Source: Mobula hypostoma (Eukaryota). Taken from it: 64,000 nucleotides of DNA. The notes under the pieces are model-generated. The model did no database searches and had not been told where the DNA came from. It saw only the letters and a list, made by a program, of their open reading frames with translations. Numbering within the stretch: the stretch's first letter is position 1; each line of letters begins with the position of its first letter. Below are positions 12,863-26,329 of this stretch, one piece after another. The position numbers and the translations under genes are program-made. The DNA is taken from contig NC_086097.1 in the NCBI RefSeq assembly GCF_963921235.1, positions 207,578,001-207,642,000 on the forward strand, in the 5' to 3' direction.

Positions 12863-13979
12863 GTTTAAACTAGCTGGCTAGCTGCCAAGGAGCTACACTA
12901 TTGATGTCCTACATGATGAGGCCAAACTCCTTGTAGACTTGCTTAAAGTTGTAATAGAATAAACATGATAATATAATATAAGTACATATTTTAATGTCAC
13001 ATTTGCTGCATATACCCAACTTGGTTTACAGATTAGACAAAATCACTAAACAAAGTATTACATACATCCTTGGAGGTCGACGGGGGATGCGGGGGGATAT
13101 GGGGTTGCAGGGGGCGGGGGTGCTACCTCCCTGAAATGAGCTTTTGCAGGGTGGAATGTCTGCTGTTAATAATACTTCTTGTGACTGCATGATGCTGCAT
13201 ATTTAGACCTAAATATTTCTGCCATCTTTCTTACTTCTTCAGTGAGATAGGATCCAATGTGTATGATTAAATGGCACAAAAGCAACCACGATTTTTTCTG
13301 CCATGATTAAGGTCATGCCTGATACTGAGTTTGCAAGTTCACTTTGTGCCTGTGCTCATACTGATAAAATTTATATGGCAATTATCACACATCTGATGCC
13401 ATCACTTTCCCTTTAGTTGCTGTTTAAATCCCAAATGAGAGATGGTAGAACACATTGTTCTGTCACCCCAGTTTTAACTATAGTCAGTCATCACCTCCAG
13501 TGGGACCAAATTTTGTTAGTATTGCAGCTTAAGGGGCCAGTCACAGCTTCTGCAGACTGCTGCTCACAATACTGAAGGCACACACCTCATCCTCTAAAAA
13601 TGGACTGAATTACTGTTGCTACTATACAGTATGTAAAAGACCTTAACCTACTTGCCTATAGGAGCCTTGCACGAAAAAAATCCCTAATATCTTCTTTGCT
13701 TCTATCAAGGTTTCTACACTCGCTTGGTGTCAAAATCTGTTCTTTGTTATCTTATCAAGCACATACCACTTGGCCACAATCCGTTTGGTGATATTGGAGC
13801 TGCCTCTACTTTTAGGCTGAAATCTACTCTATTTGGCAGCTGGATGTAGAAACAAAAATCTTCTCCCAGACCAACGTCTCCAGAATCAGAATCAAGTTTA
13901 TTATCATTGACACATATTGTAAAATTTGTTGTTTTGTGGCAGAAGTACTGTGCCACTTCTATTGTAAACAATTATTAAA

Positions 13980-16930
13980 AGTTCATATTTTTTTAATGTC
14001 ATTTCCAGTATTCAAGTGTAAAGGAGAATGAAATAATAGTTTCTCCGGATGTAGCAAAAAAAAACACAAAAAGATAAAGGCATAATAATAATTAAAAAAC
14101 TCAATAAATATAAATATGTAACATAGCTTATATATGTAGATTAATTGTATGTCCATAAAGTGACGTTAGGCACAGGAGTGTTGATACATAAGGTGACTGA
14201 CAGGAAACGATAACGTAGTGGTGGTTTGGAGTGTGGAGGGTTGGGTTAGCAGGTGGAGGTTTTGATCATCCTTACTGATTGGGGACAATAACTGGTTTTG
14301 ATCTGGTGGTCCTAGCATGGATGCTACATAGCCTCCTCCCTGATGGGAGTGGGACAAACAGTCCAAGAGCAGGGTGGGCGAGATCCTTCATGATGTTACT
14401 GGCCCTATTCCGGCACCTTACGTGCTTGGAAGAAGGTAGGTTGGAGCCTGTGATGCATTGGGCAGATTCCACTGTCTGTTGCAGAGCTCTCCTGTATGCT
14501 GCAGTGCAGTGTCTGTACATGCAGTGATGCAGCTTGTTAGGATGCTCTCTACTATGCATTTGTAGAATGATATGAATATAGATGTGCATAGACCAGCTGT
14601 CTTCAGCCTCCACAGAATGTAGAGGCATTCTCGAGCTTTCTTGATTAAAGTCGTGCACTTCCAGGAGTTTGAAATTCTTCACAATTTCCACTCCTGTGCT
14701 GCCGATGTAAAGAGGGGCACGAGTCATGCAAGTTCTCCTGAAGTCGATAACCATCTCCTTTGTCTTGTTGACATTGAGGAAAAGGTTATTTGATTGGCTC
14801 CAGATCTTTTGTTCTTCCACTTATTCTGTAGACCACCTTATAATTGTTGGTGATAAGCATGTCACTGGCAAACTTAACAATGTGATTTCTCAGGTGTTTG
14901 GCCGTGCAGTCATGTGTGAGCAGAGTGTACAGCAACAGGCTCAGCACACAGCCCTGGGGGACACACGTATTGAAGATGACGGGGAAGGAGGAGAGGACGT
15001 GCATCCTGACTATGAGGTCTGTTGGTTAGGAAGTCCAACACCCGGTTGCCCAATGGAGTATTTGGATTGAGGAGAAGGAGTTTGTTCATCAGGGTTTGTG
15101 GTACAATAGTGTTGAATGCCAAACTAAAATCCCGAAACAGCATTCTGACATAAGTGTCCTTGTTTTCTAGGTGTGTCAGAGCTAGGTACATAAGAGATGC
15201 TGGAGCGGCTCTGACAGTAAGCATATTTGTGAGTGTCCAGTGTGTCAGGAATGGAGTTTTTGATGTGTGTCATTACCAGCTGCTCAAAGCAGTGCCACTG
15301 GGTGGTAGTGTAGAGTTCTTTGGTTACAGGGACGTTGGTGGCTGATTTGAGGCATGTGTGTGGACCGCAGCCTTCTTTAGTGATGTGCTTAAGATGTCCG
15401 TGATGATATCAGTGAGCTGGTGTGCCTGAGTACTCAGCCTGGAATGCTGTCGGGCTCATCTGCCTGACTGGAGGTGTCTCCCTGCAGGGTCCTCCTCACG
15501 TCTGCTGCTGTAACAGACAGTGGCTGCTCACCTGGGAGAAGGGTAGCTTTCGCAGCTGGCGTTGGGTTGCATGCCTCAAAGCAGGCATAAAAGCTGCTTA
15601 GAGCATCAGTCACTGGTACAGTTGACGCCGTATATTTCCCTTGTGTAATCATAAATGTACTTCATGTCCAGCCACATACGCCAGGGATCGTTATCTGACA
15701 GGTGTTCCGGAATATTCTGCGTGTAGGTCAGCGCCCTCTTGATGCCTAAGATGTGGTTGCTCCTGGCTGCTCTGAGCACCGTTCTGTCACCAGACTTGAA
15801 GGTAGCATCCCGGGCTTTTAGTAAGGAGTGCACCTCAACATTCAGCCAGGGCTTCTGGTTGGGCCGTGAGATATTGGTCCTGAGGTACCATCATCGTCTA
15901 CACACTTACTGGTGTAGCTGGTGACAGTTGAGGCTTATTTCTCGAGGTCTGCATCTTCTCCGTTTGTGGCAGCCTCCTTAAACATCTGACAGTAAGTCTG
16001 CGCAGAACAGTCCTGGAGCATAGAGATTTCTTCATTAGACTATATGGTGATGGTTCTCTTCATTGGTTTCTCCATTTTCAGCAATGGTCAGCATGCTGGG
16101 ATTAACATTATGGAGATGCGGTCAGAGAGGCCAAGATGATGCTGTAGGATGACTTTATGAGTACCACGTCTATTTGTATAAACAGTGTTGAGTTTGTTTG
16201 TTACCCTAGTGGCCATGGTGCTGTGTTGGTGGAATTTGGGTAAAATATCCTGCAGGTTAGCATGATTGAAGTTTCCTGCAATTACAAAGAGCTTATTTTG
16301 TAGATAGCTGATTATACTGTAAATCTCTCCCAGTGCATCCTCGGCACTTGCCCCCCAGGGGATGTAGACAGCAGTGATGAACACAACAGTAAACTCCCTG
16401 AGCAGGTAATGTGACTGGCATTTGATTGTAAGATGCTCCATTGCCACAGAACAATGACTGCTGACTACAGATGAGTTTGTGCACCAACCTTTGTTAATGT
16501 ACACATCGAGTCCACTTCTCCTGGATTTCCCTGACAGGGAGTTTCTGTCCTGGCAGAACTGAGCCATCCTTTTGAGTCGGGTAAACACCAAGATGCTGCT
16601 CTTTCTGTGTGTTCATTCTCAGTCACAGTAAGTCTATTTTATCTTTCAGTGAGAGAAAATTGGCAAGGAAAGATGTTGGTAACACCGGCCTAGTGGGGTT
16701 GACTCTCAGCCCAGCTCTCTTGCTGGATTTCTGCTTGCTCTCATACCACCTGCATCTGCCACTCTCTTGGCTAAGCCGCTTAGACCAGGTTACTGCCACC
16801 GGATCTAGTCTCCACAGAATCCCTAGTCCATTGAGCACCACTATTAACTCTGCTGCTGGCAGCTTAAAAGTAATTTTGTCTAGGAGTTCAACAGCACTTT
16901 ATTTGCAGAGTTACATACATACATAAATAC
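13980..16930 (-). mobile_element. Rex1/Babar LINE, near full length, decayed
   Basis: RPVLPTSFLANFLSL N-terminus; EN (SGKSRRSG, LLREF, AGNFNHANL); RT ([34 protein letters not shown]); LPSGRR C-terminus. Many frameshifts. Confidence 0.88.
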
Positions 16931-17626
16931 ATAAATAGCCTTGAGGCTAATGTTACACTATTCATCCCTCATCAATTTCATGACCAACACTAGAACTGAC
17001 TTCCTATTATAAGACCATAAGATATAGGAGCAGAATTAGGCCATTTGGCCCATCGAGTCTGCTCCGCCAGTTGACCATGGTTCTGAGGATTTACACACAG
17101 CGGCTCCATAGAAGCAGTCCACCTCACAAAAAACCCACCCCCTCTGCCAGCTGCCCCACTTGAGAAGAGTCTGAGCTTCCCCTTCATCAACCTCGTTAAC
17201 AACTCAGAATGGAAGAGGCTTATCCTCGACCATAAGGAATTGCCTGAGAAGAGTTGGTCCTGTTTCATTGCGCAATTTGTAACATAAGACAGCTTTCAGT
17301 ATTTCAAACATGAAACTATTGTTAAAGTGTCTGCAAATGAATATCAGAGAGGAAACAATATCTCATAATTGTCTCATATTAAATGTACTGCAATGTCTTT
17401 TCATCTCTACTTAAGGGGTACTGTAGGCCAAATAGACTTATTCAGAAGAATAAATCTACATGGCCTGAGTCGACGTAGTCAGAGGAATATTTTCATTGCC
17501 ATCTGTCCTGTCTCAAAGCTGACCTTCACTAAGGCCAAAGCAGCTCCCACACTAAGGTGCAAGCTTCGATAATAGACACAAATTCAGGATTCGTTTTAAT
17601 AGCTCCCTTACTCATACGTTTCATAG

Positions 17627-17756
17627 CTGCCTGGACACCTGTGATTGTTGGGAAGCCAATAAGGTAACAATAAATTTTCAGCTACAAAGAGATCAGAACA
17701 TCATCCCTTTTCCTTGACTTATCTGGCTGCAGGAAGCCTCTGCTTAATGTAGACAG
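17627..17756 (+). pseudogene. Candidate exon C (CLDTCDCWEANKVTINFQLQRDQNIIPFP*LIWLQEASA*CRQ)
   Basis: Acceptor gtttcatag, donor CAG|gtaaat. Ends in phase 0, matching exon D. Confidence 0.45.
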
Positions 17757-18448
17757 GTAAATATAGGATTGCCTAATATCTGCCACCCGCTCACTGGGCG
17801 GCTTTCAAAGCTGCCTGCTCTTTGATTAGAACTTGCGCTGGCTACATGCAGAGATTTAAAAGCTGAAATATTTCTCTGAGGATTTGAAAACATGCTCAGA
17901 GCATTTTTTTCTCCACTAATAATTATGTACGATCAGTAACTGGTTTCTTATTGTCACTTGCAAGATACAGCGAAAAGCTTTTAGTTTCCATGTCATCCAA
18001 ACAGGCCATACCTGACGTAAGTATATCAAGATAGTACAAAGAGAAAAGAAACAGAACACAAATTGTGTTAAGATAGTGTTGAAGGTTGTCGTAGGTTACA
18101 TAGGAACATTGATAGGATTAAGAGCAGGCCTGAGAAGTGGCAGTTCAACCTGGAAAAGCGTGAAGTGATTTACTTTCGAAGGCTGAATATCGTGTTAAAG
18201 GCAGGATTGCTAACTGTGTGAAGGAACAGAGGAATCCTGGGGTCCACATCCTCAAAGTAGCCGAACAAGTTGATAAGGTGATAAGGAAGGCATATGGTTT
18301 TGTTAGCCTTTATTGGTCGGCGGATTGAGTTCAACAGCCGTGAGGTAATGTTGCAGCTCTGTAAAACCCTGGCTAGACCGCACTTGGAATGTTGTGTTAG
18401 TTCAGCTTGCCTCATTATAGGCAAGATGTTGAAGCCTTAGAGAGGGTG

Positions 18449-18873
18449 TGCTGCAGTTAGTCTCAATACCTGTTCATCGAAAACTGCTTCCCCTGCGCTA
18501 GCTGGGGATTGGCCCATTTAAGGAGCATTGCAGTCCTTCCTCTGGTCACCATTTGGCCCCATGACAGCAACTGGTGATGTCACGGTGCCGGTAAGGCATA
18601 AATCTGACACACTGAAAGCACCCGGTCTCTTTCAGCTCTCTGGTCACTACAGACTGGGTCAGGACTGGCGCCATAGGAGAAGTGGATGAATGCCACAGTG
18701 AGAGAGGCCTGAGCACATACTTTAGGTACGTGTTTGTAACCAGGTGTAACTTGAAGAACTTACTGAATGTTTAGTGTCTGTCTTGTCCTTTAAGTAAATA
18801 GTTAACTTACTTACCAGTGGTGAGTGTCTTCTGTCCTCACTCACCTGACCAGGAAACCTGATTTCACACAACA
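18449..18873 (+). repeat. 5' LTR of the ERV, followed by a partial tRNA-Ser-like PBS
   Basis: Begins TG and ends gatttcacacaaca; the same 14-mer ends the element at 24491. Followed by cagtgagcagggttc, resembling the TGGCGCAGCGAGCAGGGTTC Ser PBS. Confidence 0.75.
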
Positions 18874-18894
18874 CAGTGAGCAGGGTTCCATTTG

Positions 18895-20003
18895 AGAAGC
18901 TGCAGAACCTGGGCCTCTGTACCTCCCTCTACAATTGGATCCTTGACATCCTAACCGGAAGACCACAGTCTGTGCAGATTGGTGATAACATACCCTCCTC
19001 GCTGACAACCAACACTGGCACAGGGGTGTGTGCTTAGCCCAATGTTCTACTTTCTGTATACACATGACTGTGTGGCTAGGCATAGCTCAAATACCATCTA
19101 CAAATTTGCTGATGATACAACCATTGTTGTTAGAATTTCAGGTGGTGACGAGAGGGTGTACAGGAGTCAGATATGCCAACTAGTGGAATGGTTCTGCAGC
19201 AACAACCTGGAACTCAACGTCAGTAAGTAGAAAGAGCTGATTGTGAACTTCAGGAAGGAGCACATACCAATCCTCAGAGAGGGATCAAAACTGGAGAGAG
19301 TGAGCAGCTTCAAGTTCCTGGGTATCAAGATCTCTGAGGATTGAACCTGGTCTCAACATATCGATGTAGTCATAAAGAAGGCAAGACAGCGTCTATACTT
19401 TATGAGGAGTTTGAAGAGATTTGGCATGTCAACAAATACACTCAAAAGCTTCTATAGTTGTATCATGGAGAGCATTCTGACAGGCTGCATCACTGTCTGG
19501 TATGGAGGGGCTACTGCACAGAACCGAAAGAAGCTGCAGAAGCTTGTAAATCTAGTCAGCTGCATCTTGGGCACTAGCCTACAAAGTACCCAGGACATCT
19601 TTAGGGAGCATTGTCTCAGAAAAGCAGTGTCCATTATTAAGGACCTCCAGCACCCAGGGCATGCCCTTTTCTCACTGTTAGGAGGTACAGAAGCCTAAAG
19701 GCACACACTCAGTGACTCAGGAACAACTTCTTCCCCTTTGCCATCCGATTCCTAAATGGACATTGAAGCTTTGGACACTACCTCACTTTTACTTAACATA
19801 CAGGATTTCTGTTTTTGCACATTTAAAAAAAATCTTTTCAATGCACATAATTGATTTACTCATTTATTTGTTATTATGTGTTATTTTATTTATTATTGTT
19901 ATTATTATTATTTTTTTCTCTCTCTCAGCATTGAACTGCTGCTGCTAAGTTAACAAATTTCACGTCACACGCTGGTGATAATAAACCTGATTCTGATTCT
20001 GAA
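18895..20003 (+). mobile_element. Rex1/Babar 3' fragment inserted in the ERV leader
   Basis: LYTHDC..IYKFADDTTIV..LELNVSK RT motifs; ends with AATAAA and a (CTGATT)n tail. Confidence 0.88.
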
Positions 20004-23000
20004 CAGTTCATTAATATGCTTAATGGCAAACATAAGAGAGAGAACCTCTCAGCACCCCCACCGTGTCAGGGGAGCTGAGTCCCGGGGTGGACCGACAACA
20101 GTGGGAATCTGGGAGTCTCACCAACCTACTGGCAGGTCACGGAACACCAGTAGACTGGTCAGACAAGCAGGGCCCATGTGGGTTGAAGATGGGACTCCAC
20201 ATCATGTCTGTACGTAACAAAGTAGGGTTCCCCGAGATGAAGGGGACCCAGAGCGACACTTTCTGGCTGCAGGCAGCCATAGTGAAACAGCAGTATGAGA
20301 CGGTCTTGCAGAAGGAGAGAGAGATAGAAGTCTTGAGAAACAGAGTGGAAGTGCTAATCAAGCGATGTGTTTTCATGGGGGAGGCTGCCTGGTCAGCGCA
20401 TATTTGGGATAAAGAGTTAGAAGATAGGGGCACAGAGATGACCTGTTGACTAGTAAAGGTGAAACAGTTAGCTAGCTGGCAACCAAACCTATAAGACCCG
20501 AGCTCCGATGTTACGGGGACGTGATGCCAATATGTAGATGGAAGCATTTAGTTAGATAATGAGTTTGCGGAAGTGAGGTGAAAAGAAAGACTCACAGCTC
20601 CCCCTTAAGGAAGCACCCTTCCCCCGATACAACTCTGCTAGTACAGTCCAGACCGGGGAAGGGAGCTGCTGGCCCATCACCCCTCCAACCTCGATGGAAC
20701 AGGATGAGGAAGAGCATCAAGCTGTGGGAGAGGAAGAAAGTGAAGGAGAGGGACCTGGGAGGACATCACAGTGGGTCTCACCAAGATCACTACCATCACA
20801 GAATTCTCCACTAAAGAGCTGGAAGACAGATACAGACAGAAGCCAGGGGAGCCCTGCCCATCTGCTTGTTGAGAATCTGGGATATAGGGGGATGCTGGCA
20901 AGAGTTCTTCGAACAGGGAGATGGTTGTCCTGGGGTGGCTGTCATCCCACCACACAATTAGCAGTGCTACAAAAGTGCCACCAGTATTCCAAGTGGGGTG
21001 ATGAATTGCAGCTCCCTATTTAAAGGGAATGGTGTTGCCCTTATTGGGACCAGTGACAGGGGGTACCATAGACTCCACCACCAGATTATCAGAGAGATTT
21101 TAGAACACAGAGAAAGGTCCCTGGAGTCAGGTGCACAAGTTAGATAATCGGCCTGTGGCCCTGTGTGACCCATAAGAAAATGTTTTTGGTAGTGCTCAGA
21201 ACTGTGGTCCCAAGGGAAGAGGCAAATGAACTCCTACCATCTATGCATTGTTGAGGGAACACTGCCAGAGAAAGAGGGGCAAGGAGGCCGTTAAGGGAGA
21301 GGGAAAATTCTACAAACCCTTCCCCGATGAGGGCTCCTTCTGTACTATTCCTCACATTTCACGCAGGATTCACTATACCCCTTACTGGAGGCTCTGCAAA
21401 AAGCACTGCTGGACCTTTGGTGGGAGCAGGGGTCGGGTGGAGAGTGGCAATGTCTCACCCACTCTGGGCTCCCGGCGGTCACTTCCCAGCTGGGGACCTG
21501 AGGCCTTATGAACCCATTGCCGCCAATTGGGGAAAGGGTATGTGAAGCAATGGATGGCACTGGTGGACACGTGCCAGCACACCATCAACTCTCATAGCTA
21601 TCAGAGTCACGAGGCTACCACAGAGGGGTTTGGGGCTCACTTCTCCTCGCCTTGGAGGTTATCTTTCAAGTGGCCATCGGACCAGGACAGCCTGGAACCA
21701 AGACTGTCTTGGTGGCGGCCTCTCTTGAGTGCATTCTAGACATGAATGTGCTGAGGGGTAGAGACCCCAGCAGACAAGTAAGGGTTGTTTTACCTCCAGG
21801 GTGGCATGGGCAAAGTTTTTGGTGGAGTTGGCCAAGCATTTTGGTGATCCCACTCTCCCTGCCGCCACCCCCCCCCCCCCACCATGATAGTTAACACCAA
21901 GTAGTAAGTCATACAGGATTCTGGGGCACAAAGGAGGTCAGGGAAACTGTACAGGTCCTGTTGCAGGAAGGGGGGTCATCTGTCCTGCAACTTCCCCCTA
22001 CAATAGCCCGGTGAGGCTGGTGCAGAGGGGGATGATACATGTCTTAATTCCATCAACGTAAACAGTTAAATAAATACGCACCGTCCCTCACAGTGGCTGT
22101 CTCGGGTATAGTGCCCATTATTGAGGACATGAGGGGTAGGGAGGGTCCTGAGTCCAGAGTCACAGGAATAATTCGCTTCTACCTGGGAGGGTAGACAGTG
22201 GTCCTTTTGTCACCTCCCACAGGGGTATGTCCACGGTCCCACCTTGCATGATTGCCCGCGACCTGCACAGCATATAGCTGGACCCCACCATCTCTGTATC
22301 CCACCACTTACAGCAGACAATGTGCTGCTACAGAGATCCTTGCAGGAGCTAGTGAGGCAGGCCCTCGATTAGATAACCACCTCTCTGCGGGAACAGGGTT
22401 GGTCCATCAACCCCGATAAGGTACAGGGCCCTAGCCAGAATGTCTTATTCCTGGGCATACGATGACATTCTGGGCTGCAGAGGATACCAGATCAGACCAA
22501 GCACAAGATCTTGGGTGCTGCTCCTAAGAGGAGATGTTCTTTGGGGCTCCTGGAGTATTAGCATCAGTACATCTCCCAACTGACAGTGATGCTATGGCCC
22601 CCTGTACATCTCCAGCAAAAAGGCCGCCTTCCAATGGGGTTCTGATCAGCATGTGGTCTTGAAACCGCCAAGCAGGCAGTAAGGCAGAACCTCTCCTTGG
22701 CCCCTAGGTAGAGTGGGGTACCGTTCAAACTGCAGGTTTCAGTTATCCTCAAGGTAGCTGAGTGGAGCCTGTGGCAGGTGATGAAGGGCATCGCGGTCCC
22801 TTGCAGTTTTGGACAAAAACCCTCCTCAAACCGATGATCTGATGCACGCCCTTCAAGAAGCAGCTGTTGACCTGCTACCTGGCTCTCTTGGATGCAGAAC
22901 ATCTGCCTGTCTCTGAGACAGTTGTGCTGTGATATCACCTCCCTATCATGCAGTGGGTAAAGTTTGACAATGTAGCTGACAGAGAGGGCCGTGCCCAGCA

Positions 23001-25956
23001 GTCTTCCATTGTCAAATAGGAGACAGGGCAGAGAAGGGTCCCATTGGAGTGAGGCACCTCAGTGAGCAGTCCCTGGCTCTCCCTGATAATGTCTACTACA
23101 CCCCTGGTGACCATCGGCCCCTCGCCCATACAGGGGGGTAAACCCTACGGTGATCTGACCATTAAACAGCAGTAAGACTGGTTTACCTTCGGCTAGAGCC
23201 ATTGGGAAGGGTTGTTACCCAAGAACGCAAGGTGGAGAATCCGGCCAACTGGCCGAGCTGCTTGTTGCAACCTTGCCCCTCCGGGAGGCAGTGGACCCTA
23301 TGAGGATCTACGATGCCCACACTCCTCAGGGCACTGAGAAGGTCATAGATAATGCTGCTGCTGATTGAGTGGCACCGATCGTGACAGCCACCGTATTTTG
23401 TGAGGATGAGGGCCATGGCTGCTGAATCGGTAAAGGCTCATCAGAAGGGTAGGCATCCAGGGGGAAAGAGTAAAAAAATGGGCAGAAGATTGAGGGGTGA
23501 CGTTGATGTTTGATGAGGCCAGGTCAGCGGCTGTGAGCTACCCTAGCTGCCAGAAGATTAAGCCCAGGGGGTGGCCAGTAGATTCATCAAGACACATCCG
23601 AGGGGGCTCAGGGGGTAGTTAGGTATGGCAAGTAGATTATGTGCGGCCTCTGTCACCACAGAACAAGAAGCAATGGTATCTCTCAATGGTGGACACATGC
23701 TGTGCGGCCACGCTGACCAGGAAAGCACAATAAAAGATTTGCGGCACTTGTCATCCATCTGTGGGATCCTCTGGGAATTTTGCAGCAGCCGAAATCCTGG
23801 AGTGGGCTGCAGGGGTCTGGCATTTCGTGGGTGTTCCGAGTCCCATATTACCCACAGGCAGCAGGACTGATCCAGCACATGAAAGGGTTGTTGAAACAGC
23901 AAAATCAGCTACTGACCCTCCCCCCCACCCCGCACCTTTCAGGACTATGCTACATAAGGCAGTAGACAAGACGAACTCCTAGCTGGCACCCACAGAGAGA
24001 GATTGTGGCATGAGGATTGGAGAATATACAATGGGTGGTGTTACCGGTGGAACCGGGGATATGTAATTACCCAGCGACTAACCAGTCTGTGTGTCTCCCT
24101 ACGTTACAGAGTGGCAAAATGGTGGGTGCTGACAACAGTGGCGATGATGATGGTCAGTGTGAGATGTAGAATTCATTTCCATGGATGGCTCACGTGAACG
24201 TGAACCACATTAATGCTTTGGACTGTTGGATCTACATACGGACACCAACCCAGGCTGCAGAAGGTGTGGCACTGATACCAATCTCCCTTCAACGAAAAAG
24301 AGCAGAACAGTTGGAGGAACTTATCCAGCTTCTCTAGTTTTGATAGTCCGTTTTGGGGGAAGCTGGAAGGGAGTAGTCCTTTTCAGCCATCCTCATATGG
24401 GAATGGCCTTAAAGAAACTGAGTCTCAGTAACCCCCGGCGGAGTATCTGTTTGAAGGGCTTGTACTTCCCTACTTAAGATTTCACACAACAGGGTGCAGA
24501 GGAGATTTACCAGGATGCTGCCTGGATATCTTATAAAGATCTCATAAAGCTAGGACTTTTCTCTTTGGAGAGAATGATGAAAGGTGACTTGATAGAGATA
24601 TAAATCAAATGGACAGCCAGAGACATTTCATATCAGAAATGGCTAATACAAGAGGTCATCATTTAAAGGTGATTGAAGAGAAGTATAGTGGGGTTGTCGG
24701 AGGTAAGGTTCTTTTGCACAGGGTAGTGGGTGCATGGAATGCTCTGTCAGGGGTAGTGGTAGAGGCCCATACATTTGGGACATTTAAAAGACTCTTTGAT
24801 AGGCACATAGCTGATAGAAAAATAGAGTGCTAGGTGTGAGGGAAGGGTTATATTGATCCTACAGTAGGTTAAAAGGTCGGCACAATATCACAGGCTGAAG
24901 GGCTTATACTGTGTTGTTATATTCTCTGAATATAGTGTAACTGTTACAGAGAAAGTACAGTGCAGATAGGCAAATAAAGTACAAAGGCACAGTGAGATAG
25001 ACTGAGAGATAAAGAGTTCATCTTTATTGTAGAAGCTCATTCAAGGGTCTGATAACACTGGGATAGAAGCTGTCCCAGAACTTGATAGTATGTGCTCTCA
25101 GGCATTTCTATCTGCTACCCTACGGAGGAGAGCAGTTGGAAAAATGACTGGGAGGGAAGGATCCTCGATTATGTTGGCTGCTTTCCCAGGGAACTGTAGA
25201 CAGTATCCACTAAGGGAGACAGATTAGTGTGATGGACTGACCTGTGTTCACAACCCTCCGCAATTCCTTGCAGTCTTGAGCAGAGCAGTTTCCATGCCAA
25301 ACTGTGATGCATCAGGACAGGGTATAGAGCAACTGCGAATATCCTCATTCAAAATAATTATTTCACTGATCTGCATCTACTTAGTCAATGGAAGTGTAAT
25401 TGGTGATAAATAATTTTCATCTATGTTTGTCTTGTTTTTAAACATGAATCCAAATTGTAAATATAAATGAGTAGTAGTAAAAATTACTCCAGCCCATTTG
25501 TCCTAATGTTAGGAAGATCTTGTTCCCTTCTTTATATCCACAGGATTTGCAGATTTCCACCTTGAATCTCACCACTTTAAATATTAGTCAAGAGAGATTA
25601 TGCAGAGATCTTTAGAAAATCAATACACATGGATTGTATATGGAATTATAGATTTTCATGGTCTATATGTAATGGCATTTCCATTCATATTGCACATCCT
25701 CTGGGTATATAGATTAAAGATGCCATTGTAAGTTTTGGCACTACGACTTACTGAACTGATGGGTTACATGGAAAGCTTACAAAAAAACTGTAACATTTTC
25801 ACACCATGAGACACAAAAAACAAATGTTCATGTGTTTTAGCTTCCGGCTTAACATAAAGCTGTTGTTCATCTAATTTATTTTCTACCAGGCAATATGTTA
25901 ACTTGTTAATTAAAATTGTGCTTTTTCAGTCCCAATTGTGCTTCTATGTATTTCAG

Positions 25957-26103
25957 CATGATTGGCTACTTCGGCCGAATAAATCGCTACTGATGGATGT
26001 TAGAGATGCCCTTCAGCTGATTTCTGAGAGCAAATGATGCTGGAAAAGGGAATGTCTACAACATAGTTACACGGTACAATGGCAACTGGCTTTGAGGTCA
26101 ATG
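25957..26103 (+). pseudogene. Candidate exon D (HDWLLRPNKSLLMDVRDALQLISESK*CWKRECLQHSYTVQWQLALRSM)
   Basis: Acceptor tatgtatttcag, 147 nt in phase 0/0, donor ATG|gcaagt (GC donor or mutated GT). One stop. Confidence 0.5.
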
Positions 26104-26329
26104 GCAAGTGCCATCACTTAGCTAATGACCGTAAAATCTGATACTGATACAAATTACTTACAGGCTGTCAGAATCACAAAGATTGCCAACGTTCTTCACC
26201 TCTGAGTAGAGCATTTTTAGTTCTACTTCAACTTTTTATTCTATTCAGCCATGAATAACATGACTCTAGCCAGGCCCGCGCTTTGATGGGAGTCTTTTTG
26301 GGAATACCAACTTGCGACCTGAGGAACTA

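Larger units (their letters stand above)
11518..13162. mobile_element. Outer TIR DNA transposon (MITE-like, probably hAT-related)
   Basis: TIRs cagacatcccacc (from 11518) and ggtggaatgtctg (to 13162); flanking duplication ctgtta at 11512-11517 and 13163-13168. Confidence 0.8.
18449..24491 (+). mobile_element. Class III (ERV-L-like) endogenous retrovirus, decayed: LTR-PBS-gag-pro-pol-env remnant
   Basis: Perfect 5-bp TSD gggtg (18444-18448, 24492-24496) and TG..CA ends. Protease ALVDT (~21557), RT SPYNSPV (~21993), RNase H KQLLTCYLALLDAEHL (~22858), integrase WVFRVPYYPQAAGLIQHMKGLLKQQ (~23825), env-like DCWIY (24221). Confidence 0.85.
18070..24930 (+). mobile_element. CR1 3' portion split by the ERV at 18449-24491
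   Basis: The coding sequence ALERV|QRRFTRMLPG is continuous across the insertion; the CR1 3' end lies near 24900. Confidence 0.85.
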
